From assembly GCF_001412615.1 (NCBI RefSeq), contig NZ_CP013011.1:1230001-1262000 (forward strand): 32,000 nt of DNA, given 5' to 3'. Positions 24,667 to 32,000 of this stretch are shown piece by piece. The DNA is from Pyrodictium delaneyi (GTDB lineage: Archaea; Thermoproteota; Thermoprotei_A; Sulfolobales; Pyrodictiaceae). Both the position numbers and the translations under genes were made by a program. The notes under the pieces are model-generated. The model was not told the origin of the DNA. It was given only the letters and a program-made list of their open reading frames with translations, and searched no databases. The first letter of the stretch is position 1. Each line of letters opens with the position of its first letter.

Positions 24667-25923
24667 TTGGCTAGGACTCCCTGTCTACTCTACGCTGTAT
24701 CCCCTCTACACAGCCGGGAGTTCCTGGAGAGACTCCGTAGAAGCATAGCTGATACGTACCAGGGGATAGAGCTCAGGGACGTCGGCGTTGCCACAGATCC
24801 CGAGGAGGCTGCGCGCCGTCTAAAGGGCTGCCCCTCGGCAGCCATAGTTGTCTCGACCGGGGGCACTGAGCACATAGTGCTAGGCGCTCTCGAGGCCCTC
24901 CAGGCACCCGCGCTGCTGGTAGCCCACCCTTACGCTAACAGCCTCCCCGCGCTCATGGAGGTATACCCGCTGGCCCGGCGTATGGGCGCCTCTGCGGTCT
25001 TCCTCCCTAGCCTAGACCCTGGCGACGAGCGTGCCCGCCAGAAGCTGGTACAGGGCCTGGCGGGGCTCCGTGCCGCCACGAGGCTCCGGGGCTCCCGGCT
25101 CGGGATATTCGGCCGGCCTAGTCCCTGGCTGGTCTACAGCAGGGTCGAGCCGGAGAGGCTCCGTGAGAGGCTCGGCGTAGAGCTAGTCGAGATACCCCTA
25201 GAGGAGCTCTACAGCATGTACGAGCGCGTCGAGGCCGACCCAGGGCTCTTGGAGGAGATACTTCGGGGCGCGAGCCGGGTAGAGGTGCCGCGTGGCGAGG
25301 TCTCCAAGGCCCTTAAGCTCTACGCGGCGCTCCGCCGCCTAGTAGAGGAGTACCGGCTCGACGCCTTCACGATCGAGTGCTTCAGCATCATCGGCCGGCT
25401 CCGTGTCACAGCGTGCCTAGCCCTCTCTCTGTTCAACGACAGCGGGCTAGTAGCGGGCTGCGAGGGCGATGTACCGGCGACGCTTGCGATGATGCTAGCC
25501 TCCTGGGCCTCCGGCAGACCTGGCTTTATGGCTAACCCCTCCATCATAGACTGGGACCGGGTGATGATAGCCCACTGCACGGCGGCCCGGGGCCTGGGCG
25601 TCGGTTATCGGCTGCGTACACACTTCGAGAGCGGTATGAGCGTAGGCCTGGCAGTGACGATCCCGAGGGGCCAGACAGTGACGCTGGCACGGGTAGACCC
25701 TGGGCTTACCCGGCTACGTGTCGCTCGTGGTACTGTGGAGGAGGGTGAGCCCCGTAGCGAGCTACACTGCCGGACACAGATATGGGTCAGACTAGAGGGT
25801 GGTGACGCGGAGAAGCTGTTACGGGATAGCATGGGTAATCACTACATACTAGTCCCAGGCGACTGGGTGGAAGCGCTGACAACAGCGGCTGAGATGCTCG
25901 GGCTCAGGGTAGATAGGCTGTAG
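24667..25923 (+). CDS. L-fucose/L-arabinose isomerase-family-like protein (418 aa).
   Basis: The central block AFTIECFSIIGRLRVTACLALSLFNDSGLVAGCEGDVPATLAMML resembles the GCEGD region of FucI/AraA-like isomerases. The assignment is by pattern only. Confidence 0.6.
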   Translation: MARTPCLLYAVSPLHSREFLERLRRSIADTYQGIELRDVGVATDPEEAARRLKGCPSAAIVVSTGGTEHIVLGALEALQAPALLVAHPYANSLPALMEVYPLARRMGASAVFLPSLDPGDERARQKLVQGLAGLRAATRLRGSRLGIFGRPSPWLVYSRVEPERLRERLGVELVEIPLEELYSMYERVEADPGLLEEILRGASRVEVPRGEVSKALKLYAALRRLVEEYRLDAFTIECFSIIGRLRVTACLALSLFNDSGLVAGCEGDVPATLAMMLASWASGRPGFMANPSIIDWDRVMIAHCTAARGLGVGYRLRTHFESGMSVGLAVTIPRGQTVTLARVDPGLTRLRVARGTVEEGEPRSELHCRTQIWVRLEGGDAEKLLRDSMGNHYILVPGDWVEALTTAAEMLGLRVDRL

Positions 25924-26009
25924 CAGCAGCCGGGCGGCTCCCGCTATAGGGCTACTCGCTCTGCAGCGAACCCCTCGGGGGCACACCTTGCCCCGTTTAA
26001 CCCCCGCCT

Positions 26010-27377
26010 ATGACTTATACAGTATGGTGTAGGAGTCTCTTGGCCCACAAGCGTAGAGTAGTAATAATGGGCGCAGGTGGCCGCGACTTCCACGTGTTCA
26101 ACACCATATTCCGCGACAACCCCAGCTACGAGGTAGTCGCGTTCACGGCGGCCCAGATACCCGGGATAGAGTGGCGCCGCTACCCCCCAAGCTTAGCCGG
26201 TCACCGGTACCCCGACGGTATACCGATCTACCCCGAGCGCCTCCTCCCAGAGATAGTACGGGACCAGGCTGTAGACGAGGTAGTGCTCGCCTACAGCGAC
26301 CTAACCTACGAGGAGCTAGGCCACCTTATGAGTATGGCCCTCTCTACCGGCGCGAGCTTCCGCATAATAGGGCCCCGCGAGACCATGATTCCGAGCTACA
26401 AGCCCGTGATAGCTGTCACAGCTGTGAAGACAGGGGCAGGTAAGAGCTCTCTTTCCCGGGCCCTCGTCCGGGAGATCAAGTTGCGTCAGCTAGCTCCTGT
26501 AGTGGTACGGCACCCGATGGCCTACGGCGACCTCGAGGCTAGGAAGCTCATAGTAGTAATGGCGCCGGAGGATCTCACCAAGTACCCCTTGACGATCGAG
26601 GAGAGGGAGGAGTTCGAGCCATACCTCGACCTAGAGACCCCGCTCTTAGCCGGCGTAGACTACGGCCTGGTTGTGCGGGAGGCAGAGCGGCTCGGTGACG
26701 TGATAATCTGGGACGGTGGGAACAACGACTGGCCCTTCATAAGACCGGACCTCTGGGTGGTAGTAGCTGATGCCCTCCGCCCCGGCATGGAGAACTCGAC
26801 CTTCCCCGGCGAAGTCAACGTGAGAATGGCGGAGATAGCGGTAATAACAAAGGCTAGCGAGGCGGGCGAGGAGAACGTGAAGCGGGTCCGCGAGAACCTC
26901 CTAAAGATAAACCCGCAGCTAGAGATAGCAGTAGCAGACCTAGAGGTCAGCGTAGACCGCCCCGAGCTAGTAGAGGGCAAAAGGGTGGTAGTCGTAGAGG
27001 ATTCGCCCACAGTCACCCACGGTGGTGCACCATATGCTGCAGGCTATGTAGCGGCGAAGAAGCTAGGCGCTGAAGTAGTTGACCCGAGGCCCTATGCAGT
27101 GGGCGCGATCAAGGAGATGTACCAGCAGTACCCCCATATGGGCCCCGTAGTACCTTCAACAGGGTACACTAGGGAGCAACTTCAGAGCCTAGAGGAGACC
27201 CTCAACAGAGTGCCAGCAGACACAGTGATCGTGGCGAGCCCTGCCCGGATAGAAGAGATGATAAACATAAACAAGCCTGTAGCACGGGTAAGCTACGAGA
27301 TAAAGGTGTTAGAAGGTCCGACACCGAGGGACATGGTTGATAGACTTCTAGAACGCCACCCAGTTCCCGAAGTCTAG
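26010..27377 (+). CDS. cpgS: Cyclic 2,3-diphosphoglycerate synthetase-like P-loop protein (COG2403-type).
   Basis: VVIMGAGGRDFHVFNTIFRDNPSYEVVAFTAAQIPGIEWRRYPPSLAGHRYPDGIPIY, followed by the P-loop AVKTGAGKSS, matches my memory of the cDPGS family N-terminus (MGAAGRDFHNFN...). The start may instead be the TTG at 26040. Confidence 0.75.
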   Translation: MTYTVWCRSLLAHKRRVVIMGAGGRDFHVFNTIFRDNPSYEVVAFTAAQIPGIEWRRYPPSLAGHRYPDGIPIYPERLLPEIVRDQAVDEVVLAYSDLTYEELGHLMSMALSTGASFRIIGPRETMIPSYKPVIAVTAVKTGAGKSSLSRALVREIKLRQLAPVVVRHPMAYGDLEARKLIVVMAPEDLTKYPLTIEEREEFEPYLDLETPLLAGVDYGLVVREAERLGDVIIWDGGNNDWPFIRPDLWVVVADALRPGMENSTFPGEVNVRMAEIAVITKASEAGEENVKRVRENLLKINPQLEIAVADLEVSVDRPELVEGKRVVVVEDSPTVTHGGAPYAAGYVAAKKLGAEVVDPRPYAVGAIKEMYQQYPHMGPVVPSTGYTREQLQSLEETLNRVPADTVIVASPARIEEMININKPVARVSYEIKVLEGPTPRDMVDRLLERHPVPEV

Positions 27378-27503
27378 GCCTTCTAGGCCTGTCTCCGCTA
27401 CCCTTTTACTGCCCGAGATGGCTGCGAAAACCGGCACATACTCCACATTCTAATACCCTTAAATAGTGCAGGAGCCCGCGTAACAGCTATTGGCGGGAAT
27501 GCC

Positions 27504-27845
27504 TTGACCCAGGGAGCTGATGTCATTAATAGGTTTCTAAAGACTGTTGCCGAGGTCGAAGAATCAATCAAACGCATAGAGGGCGAGCTAGACAAGGATA
27601 CTGCTGCACTCTTATCAAAGGCTGATGAGGCTGCCCGTAAGCTTACCAGCGACACAGAGAAGATGATCGAGGAGTTCCGGAGCAAGCTTAACGAGGAACT
27701 TAAGAAGGAGCTAGAGAAGCTCGAAGAGGAGTTCAAGAAGAGAGAGGAGTACGAGGTATCGAGGCTTAAGGAGCAGATAGAACGTAATAGGAGCCAGGCC
27801 CTTGAGGCCGCCGTCAGTGTACTAGTGAAGGTGATACGTGGTTGA
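27504..27845 (+). CDS. atpH: A-type ATP synthase subunit H (coiled-coil peripheral stalk protein).
   Basis: This is a 113-aa protein rich in charged residues and coiled-coil. It lies directly upstream of subunit C and overlaps it by 4 nt. A TATA-like cttaaatag sits at about 27455. Confidence 0.65.
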   Translation: MTQGADVINRFLKTVAEVEESIKRIEGELDKDTAALLSKADEAARKLTSDTEKMIEEFRSKLNEELKKELEKLEEEFKKREEYEVSRLKEQIERNRSQALEAAVSVLVKVIRG

Positions 27846-28855
27846 AGCTGACCTATGACATGCTTGGCGCAGAGTACCTCTACACGAAGGCTGCAGTAAT
27901 CAAGGCGCAGAGCTACGAGGACGACCTGAGAGCCCTCCTAGCCCAGTACACTGGGGACGAAGCTACACTAGAGCTCTTTCGGGCAACAAAGCTAGCTAGG
28001 TTTATCCCAACCGACATGAAGGTCGTAGAGCCCAGTATAATCGAGAAAGCAGCGTTCAAGTACTATGTTGGCGTTCTAGAGGCTATCCGTGGCAGGACAC
28101 CAGGCATAGCTTTCAAGATCTATGAGGCCTACCGTGCAGCCATTATAGCGCGTGACATAGAGCTGATAATAAGGATGAAGAACGTAGAAGGCAAGATAGC
28201 TGGTGCCGAGGAGCTAATCTATCCAGAGGCCGAGGAGGTTGCTAGGGCACGTAGGCTAGCAGAGGAGGATGTAGACCCTGCACGCATACTATCAGCAGCG
28301 GGTATGAACAAGGCAGCTGAAATAATTAAGAAGAGCCGTAGCATTGACTTGCTGAGCGCTGCAATAGACATTGAAATACTTAACTTCTTCAATGAGGCAA
28401 AGAAGGTGGCCAAGACAGACACTGGTAGAGACATACTAGGAGCCAGGCAGGATATGTTTGCAGCACGGACAGCGGTAACGCTTGCGACAATTCAGCTGGA
28501 CAGGGAAGTTCTGGCGATGCACGAGGCTGTACTTGAAACACATAGGCTGCCTAAGCGGAAGCTTCTAGAAGCCATAGAGACGAGAGACGTTGAGACTCTG
28601 GAGAGGATACTAATTGGGGCTACTGGCGGCAAGATCGCCGAGGGACTCACGGCTCTAGATACCTTCATATCAAGCATCCGTAAAGAGAACCGGAAACGGG
28701 CTAAAAGTATATTCGTGAGAGAGATTCTCTCGCTAGATGTTATAGCAGGGCTTCTCGAGTTGCTACTTCTCGACGCCGAGGACGCCATAATAATAGCCCT
28801 ATCGGGCTACAGTAAGCAGCCCAAGAGTATTGTGGCAGAGCTAGTATCATTCTAA
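27842..28855 (+). CDS. atpC: A-type ATP synthase subunit C (the d-like central subunit).
   Basis: This is a 337-aa helical protein. The N-terminal pattern EYLYTKAAVIKAQSY..L..LL resembles the archaeal AtpC start (YxYxxARxRxxxSxLL). Its operon context with H also supports the call. Confidence 0.65.
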   Translation: MKLTYDMLGAEYLYTKAAVIKAQSYEDDLRALLAQYTGDEATLELFRATKLARFIPTDMKVVEPSIIEKAAFKYYVGVLEAIRGRTPGIAFKIYEAYRAAIIARDIELIIRMKNVEGKIAGAEELIYPEAEEVARARRLAEEDVDPARILSAAGMNKAAEIIKKSRSIDLLSAAIDIEILNFFNEAKKVAKTDTGRDILGARQDMFAARTAVTLATIQLDREVLAMHEAVLETHRLPKRKLLEAIETRDVETLERILIGATGGKIAEGLTALDTFISSIRKENRKRAKSIFVREILSLDVIAGLLELLLLDAEDAIIIALSGYSKQPKSIVAELVSF

Positions 28856-28865
28856 GGGCGCTAAT

Positions 28866-28870
28866 GTTTT
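28866..28870 (+). terminator. T5 tract 11 nt after the atpC stop; a candidate archaeal oligo-T terminator.
   Basis: The sequence reads ..taagggcgctaatgTTTTTgattc. Archaeal RNA polymerase terminates at oligo-T tracts. Confidence 0.3.
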
Positions 28871-29159
28871 TGATTCTTAGTAGCAAGTTCCGCCCCGCAT
28901 ATAACTCTGCTTCTAACTGGCAAGGAATCAGTCCTGCCGTAACAGCGGTGTAACGTGGACAGTGTAGACGCGACACAGACCTCTTCGTCGACTAGCTCGA
29001 CTCTAGAGCCTGTGAAGTGGTAGAATGCTTGCTACTAGTCTAGAGTTCTAGCCGGGAGAGGGAATTGAGGAATAGTGTAGGGCTAGGTGGTTGAACAGTT
29101 ACCATACATTATATCGTCTAAAAACGGGGATTTAGTGATGTACGGATGATTAAGTCTCC

Positions 29160-31277
29160 TTATCGTTTCTCGATCTCCAACTTTACTAGCTCTGGCATTC
29201 TTACCGGGCTGTACGGCCTGCCACCGTCCATGTAGAACTTGCTGAACATCTCGTAGAAGTGCAGCCTCAGCGAGTGTGCATAGGCTACTAGCGCCTCTAG
29301 ACCTATTACTAGTAGGTTGCCCAGTATGTATGCTATAGCTCCTAGCACTGGTCCTGCTATGAAGGCTAGTATGGTGAAACCGAACATTAGGCCGCTGTGC
29401 GCCAGCATCAGGCCCATGATTCGCATAAACGATGCTGTATTACCTATCGCCATTAGCAGGACGTCGAATGCCTCCATTACACCGTTTACGATCCTCTCGC
29501 CGGTTGAGCCGTGGCCGAAGAGTATCGGCGATGCTAGTAGCACTAGCAGCCCTACAGTGACCATGAGCCTCACGAGTGTGCCTAGTGCAGTCTGTGGTGT
29601 CAGTGTAAGCCCAGCATCATAGAGTACTGAGCCTGCTCTCTCTATGGCGGTGCCGCCGCTGCCCACCATCCCTCCTATAACTATGGCTATCAGTATGCCG
29701 GTGAACACCAGGGACTTACCTATACCAGCTGCTAGTACCTCTTTGTCGCGCAGTAGTGCGCCATTAGCCACGGATATCCATGATGATAGTGCTAGTAGTA
29801 GAGAGCCTATCGCTAGCGACACGTATATCGCGTGGAATATGAGCAGCTTAGCTTCCTCTGCTAGTTCCTCGCCGCCATGGAGCCCTCCGGCAGCCATTTC
29901 CTTGACGAATGGATGGAGTGGGCTAGCTAGTGGCGGGTGGCCATGCCATATAGCGTCGAGCCAGCCAGCTACAGCCGGGTGTGGGCCGAAGAACTCGCCG
30001 GCGAAGAAGCCTACAGCCATCGCGGCAACGCCGAATATCATGACTAGTCTGCCTAGGTCCCGGTTGCCCATCTTCTTGTAGAAGAGGTAGTAGCCTGCTA
30101 GCAACAGCGCTAAGCCATGCCCTAGGTCAGGGAACATGAAGCCGTAGACGATGGGCAGTGTTACAGCTAGCAATGCTAGTGGTACGAACTCGCGGGGCCG
30201 TGGATGGCCAGCCATCTCTAAGAGGCTGGCAAAGGGTGTTAGCTTGGAGGGTATCGTGAAGTAGCTGGGTGGAAGCTCCTCCTCTCCGTGGCCGTGATGC
30301 CCCTCCATGGATGGTGTGGCCATTACGCCTACGTAGCCTGCGCCTAGTGATTCGAGGGTCCTCCTAAGTACTGGCTCCTTCTCGGGAGCCACGTAGCCGC
30401 TGACTACTGCTACTAGCTGTGTAAGCTTCGTTGCTTCTAGTAGGCTGAGAAGGCTCTTCGCAGCATCGATAACAGCTAGTGCTTCACGCAGCTTCGGCAG
30501 ATGCCTCTTCAACACTACTGGTAGCTCGTCGAGCTCCTTCCGCACCTTCTTTAGCGCCTCGGAAGGTATTCGCGGCATATCCTCTGGTATCTCTAGGGGC
30601 GTGGCACGGTTGCGTAGGGCGGTTTTGCCGACTTCTGCCTCCAGCCATGCAGGATAAGCTACCACCACTGTGTCCATGTTGGTCTCTATGCCGGAGACGT
30701 GTAGGCCTGCTATGGCGCCTACCGTTTCTAGGTCTCTTAGGAATGCTTGTGTACGGTCAGTCGGTACACGGTAGACCTTAGCCCGGATATAGCTACCCCT
30801 CTTGAGCGCCTCTATGTCTACGTCTATGAAGCTATAGGTCTCTAGTACAGCTAGGAGTGTTGCAAGCTCGGACTCCGGGCTCTTAAGCTGGGCTAGCCTC
30901 TCTACGAGCTTCTCTATGTCTTGTATCGCGGTAGTAAGCTGCTCTATTACCCTTGATAGCCCCATGTCTGTTGTCTTGCTGAGGCGTAGAACCTGCTCGG
31001 AGACGGCCTGCTCCTCTCCTAGCCCAGTTGACTCCGCCACCTTGAGCATTTCGCGTAGCCGCTGCTCGAGCGTGTCTAGCTCGTTCTTGATGTGCCTAAT
31101 CCTGGCAGAAAACTCGCTGCCAGCAGCATGCTGCTCGGGCTCAGGGTGGAAGCAGTTACACTCAGCGAGAGCCTTTAGGGCGTAGGCGAGCCGGTCTCTC
31201 GGTATAATTATGTATGTCTGGCTTGTTGACTGAGCTATTAGGGTAGCTGTGGCTGCCACAGCCAAGACACCTATCAC
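29160..31277 (-). CDS. atpI: A-type ATP synthase subunit I (the a-like membrane subunit).
   Basis: It is 705 aa, with a soluble coiled-coil N-half and a multi-TM C-half. The conserved motifs are ..TASFMRIMGLMLAHSGL.. and ..AHSLRLHFYEMFSKFY..GG.PY.P. Confidence 0.9.
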   Translation of the reverse strand: MIGVLAVAATATLIAQSTSQTYIIIPRDRLAYALKALAECNCFHPEPEQHAAGSEFSARIRHIKNELDTLEQRLREMLKVAESTGLGEEQAVSEQVLRLSKTTDMGLSRVIEQLTTAIQDIEKLVERLAQLKSPESELATLLAVLETYSFIDVDIEALKRGSYIRAKVYRVPTDRTQAFLRDLETVGAIAGLHVSGIETNMDTVVVAYPAWLEAEVGKTALRNRATPLEIPEDMPRIPSEALKKVRKELDELPVVLKRHLPKLREALAVIDAAKSLLSLLEATKLTQLVAVVSGYVAPEKEPVLRRTLESLGAGYVGVMATPSMEGHHGHGEEELPPSYFTIPSKLTPFASLLEMAGHPRPREFVPLALLAVTLPIVYGFMFPDLGHGLALLLAGYYLFYKKMGNRDLGRLVMIFGVAAMAVGFFAGEFFGPHPAVAGWLDAIWHGHPPLASPLHPFVKEMAAGGLHGGEELAEEAKLLIFHAIYVSLAIGSLLLALSSWISVANGALLRDKEVLAAGIGKSLVFTGILIAIVIGGMVGSGGTAIERAGSVLYDAGLTLTPQTALGTLVRLMVTVGLLVLLASPILFGHGSTGERIVNGVMEAFDVLLMAIGNTASFMRIMGLMLAHSGLMFGFTILAFIAGPVLGAIAYILGNLLVIGLEALVAYAHSLRLHFYEMFSKFYMDGGRPYSPVRMPELVKLEIEKR

Positions 31278-31324
31278 CGCTGCCGCTGTATACCTTCCCC
31301 TCTAGCGCGGGGTTTAGCACTACA

Positions 31325-31336
31325 ATATTTAAATAT
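31325..31336. promoter_or_regulatory. Perfect palindromic TATA-like element ATATTTAAATAT between the divergent atpI and atpF genes.
   Basis: This is the only AT-rich element in the 96-bp divergent intergenic region. It is symmetric, so it could serve both directions. Confidence 0.4.
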
Positions 31337-31373
31337 CATAGCTCTCTGCGGGTTGGCTTAGGAGAGCCTAGTC

Positions 31374-31682
31374 TTGGCGGCGAAGCATGTTGTCGTAATA
31401 GCTGATCCTTATACTGTCTATGCATTTCGCCTGCTAGGCGCGGAGGGCTATGCGGTAAGCTCTCCAGAAGAGGTAGCCAAGGTAATTGAGGAACTCGTTC
31501 CGCGCGAGGATATAGGTCTTGTTCTACTCTCTGCGGAGTATTACGATGAGGCACGTGAAGCTATAGAGAAGTTCCGGCGGGTGCATGGTGATGTCGTGGT
31601 CGCCCGGCTCCCTACGGTCCGTGAGCCCGGCAAGCCCATGGACGTACAAAAGGAGCTGCTAAAAGCCCTGGGCATGGGGTGA
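31374..31682 (+). CDS. atpF: A-type ATP synthase subunit F.
   Basis: VVVIADPYTVYAFRLLGAEGY...IGLVLLSAEYYDE... is the typical AtpF pattern, and the 102-aa size fits. Confidence 0.85.
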   Translation: MAAKHVVVIADPYTVYAFRLLGAEGYAVSSPEEVAKVIEELVPREDIGLVLLSAEYYDEAREAIEKFRRVHGDVVVARLPTVREPGKPMDVQKELLKALGMG

Positions 31683-31689
31683 CACAAGG

Positions 31690-32000
31690 GTGGCAGGGCC
31701 CACAACCATAAGGCTGCTTGGTGATCCGGAGAAGCTTGCTGATGAGATCACTAGGAAAGTTAGAGAAGATATAGAGGTTAAGGTGAATAGTGCGCTAGAG
31801 GCGGCAAAGAAGATAGTGGAGAGATCCTATGAGGAGAACCTTGCCAAGCTCGAGGACGAGCTAAAGAAGAGTGTGAGGAACGCCAGGGAGCAGCTCGAAT
31901 CTTATTCTGCTAAGCAGGAGGTAGAGCTTAGGAAGAGGCTTGCAAGGATACGTGCAGAAGCTGTCGAGGAGATTCTGGGGCAGGCGCTCCAGCAGCTCCG
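31690..32000 (+). CDS. atpE: A-type ATP synthase subunit E, N-terminal part (runs off the window).
   Basis: My manual translation from the GTG at 31690 is VAGPTTIRLLGDPEKLADEITRKVREDIEVKVNSALEAAKKIVERSYEENLAKLEDELKKSV... This is the coiled-coil typical of AtpE, 7 nt after the atpF stop. It is absent from the track because it has no stop in the window. Confidence 0.8.
   Translation, partial: MAGPTTIRLLGDPEKLADEITRKVREDIEVKVNSALEAAKKIVERSYEENLAKLEDELKKSVRNAREQLESYSAKQEVELRKRLARIRAEAVEEILGQALQQL

Noticed and set aside
29120-29160. C-box-like strings (gtgatgt, atgatta) suggesting a C/D box sRNA. Similar strings occur near 10545.
   Set aside because: There is no matching D box (CUGA) at the right spacing and no terminal stem. 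The strings are too degenerate.

Overview
This window looks archaeal, in the style of a hyperthermophilic crenarchaeote. Supporting features are an intron-containing tRNA, TATA-type promoters, A1Ao ATPase genes, CDC48, aIF-1A and a RIO1/KH gene pair.

From about 14.8 to 32 kb the content is mostly housekeeping:
- aIF-1A, an MFS transporter, and RIO1 kinase with a KH (Dim2-like) protein.
- A cytochrome bd-type oxidase operon built from CydA plus a CydA paralogue (CydA'). cydA is interrupted by a 1-nt frameshift, and an unlisted 58-aa membrane ORF follows the operon.
- CDC48/VCP, a sugar-isomerase-like protein and a cDPG-synthetase-like protein.
- A split A-type ATPase cluster arranged as H,C -> ; <- I ; F,E ->.

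From 1 to about 14.7 kb the content is accessory-like and compositionally mosaic:
- A large pilin-signal surface glycoprotein gene that runs off the window.
- tRNA-Pro(GGG) with a 34-nt intron, sitting at a sharp switch in G+T/A+C skew.
- A frameshifted I-DmoI-like LAGLIDADG endonuclease gene.
- A Pol-beta-type nucleotidyltransferase with a long helical tail.
- A tightly overlapped three-gene operon: a Panacea/DUF4065 antitoxin-like gene, an acidic helical unknown, and an expanded PIN-like protein.
- A compact HerA/FtsK-like ATPase with an apparently degraded upstream region.
- A regulator plus a Tat-signal dihaem cytochrome c and a cytochrome b. This module is bracketed by two divergent paralogous small genes, each carrying a 14-16 nt poly-G tract and an identical 14-mer.

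The best candidates for an undescribed system are the Panacea-headed triad, together with the neighbouring nucleotidyltransferase and ATPase, and the poly-G-tagged paralogue pair around the cytochrome module.

I saw no CRISPR array, rRNA, integrase or transposase. All functional calls come from motif recognition by eye and need HMM or structure confirmation.
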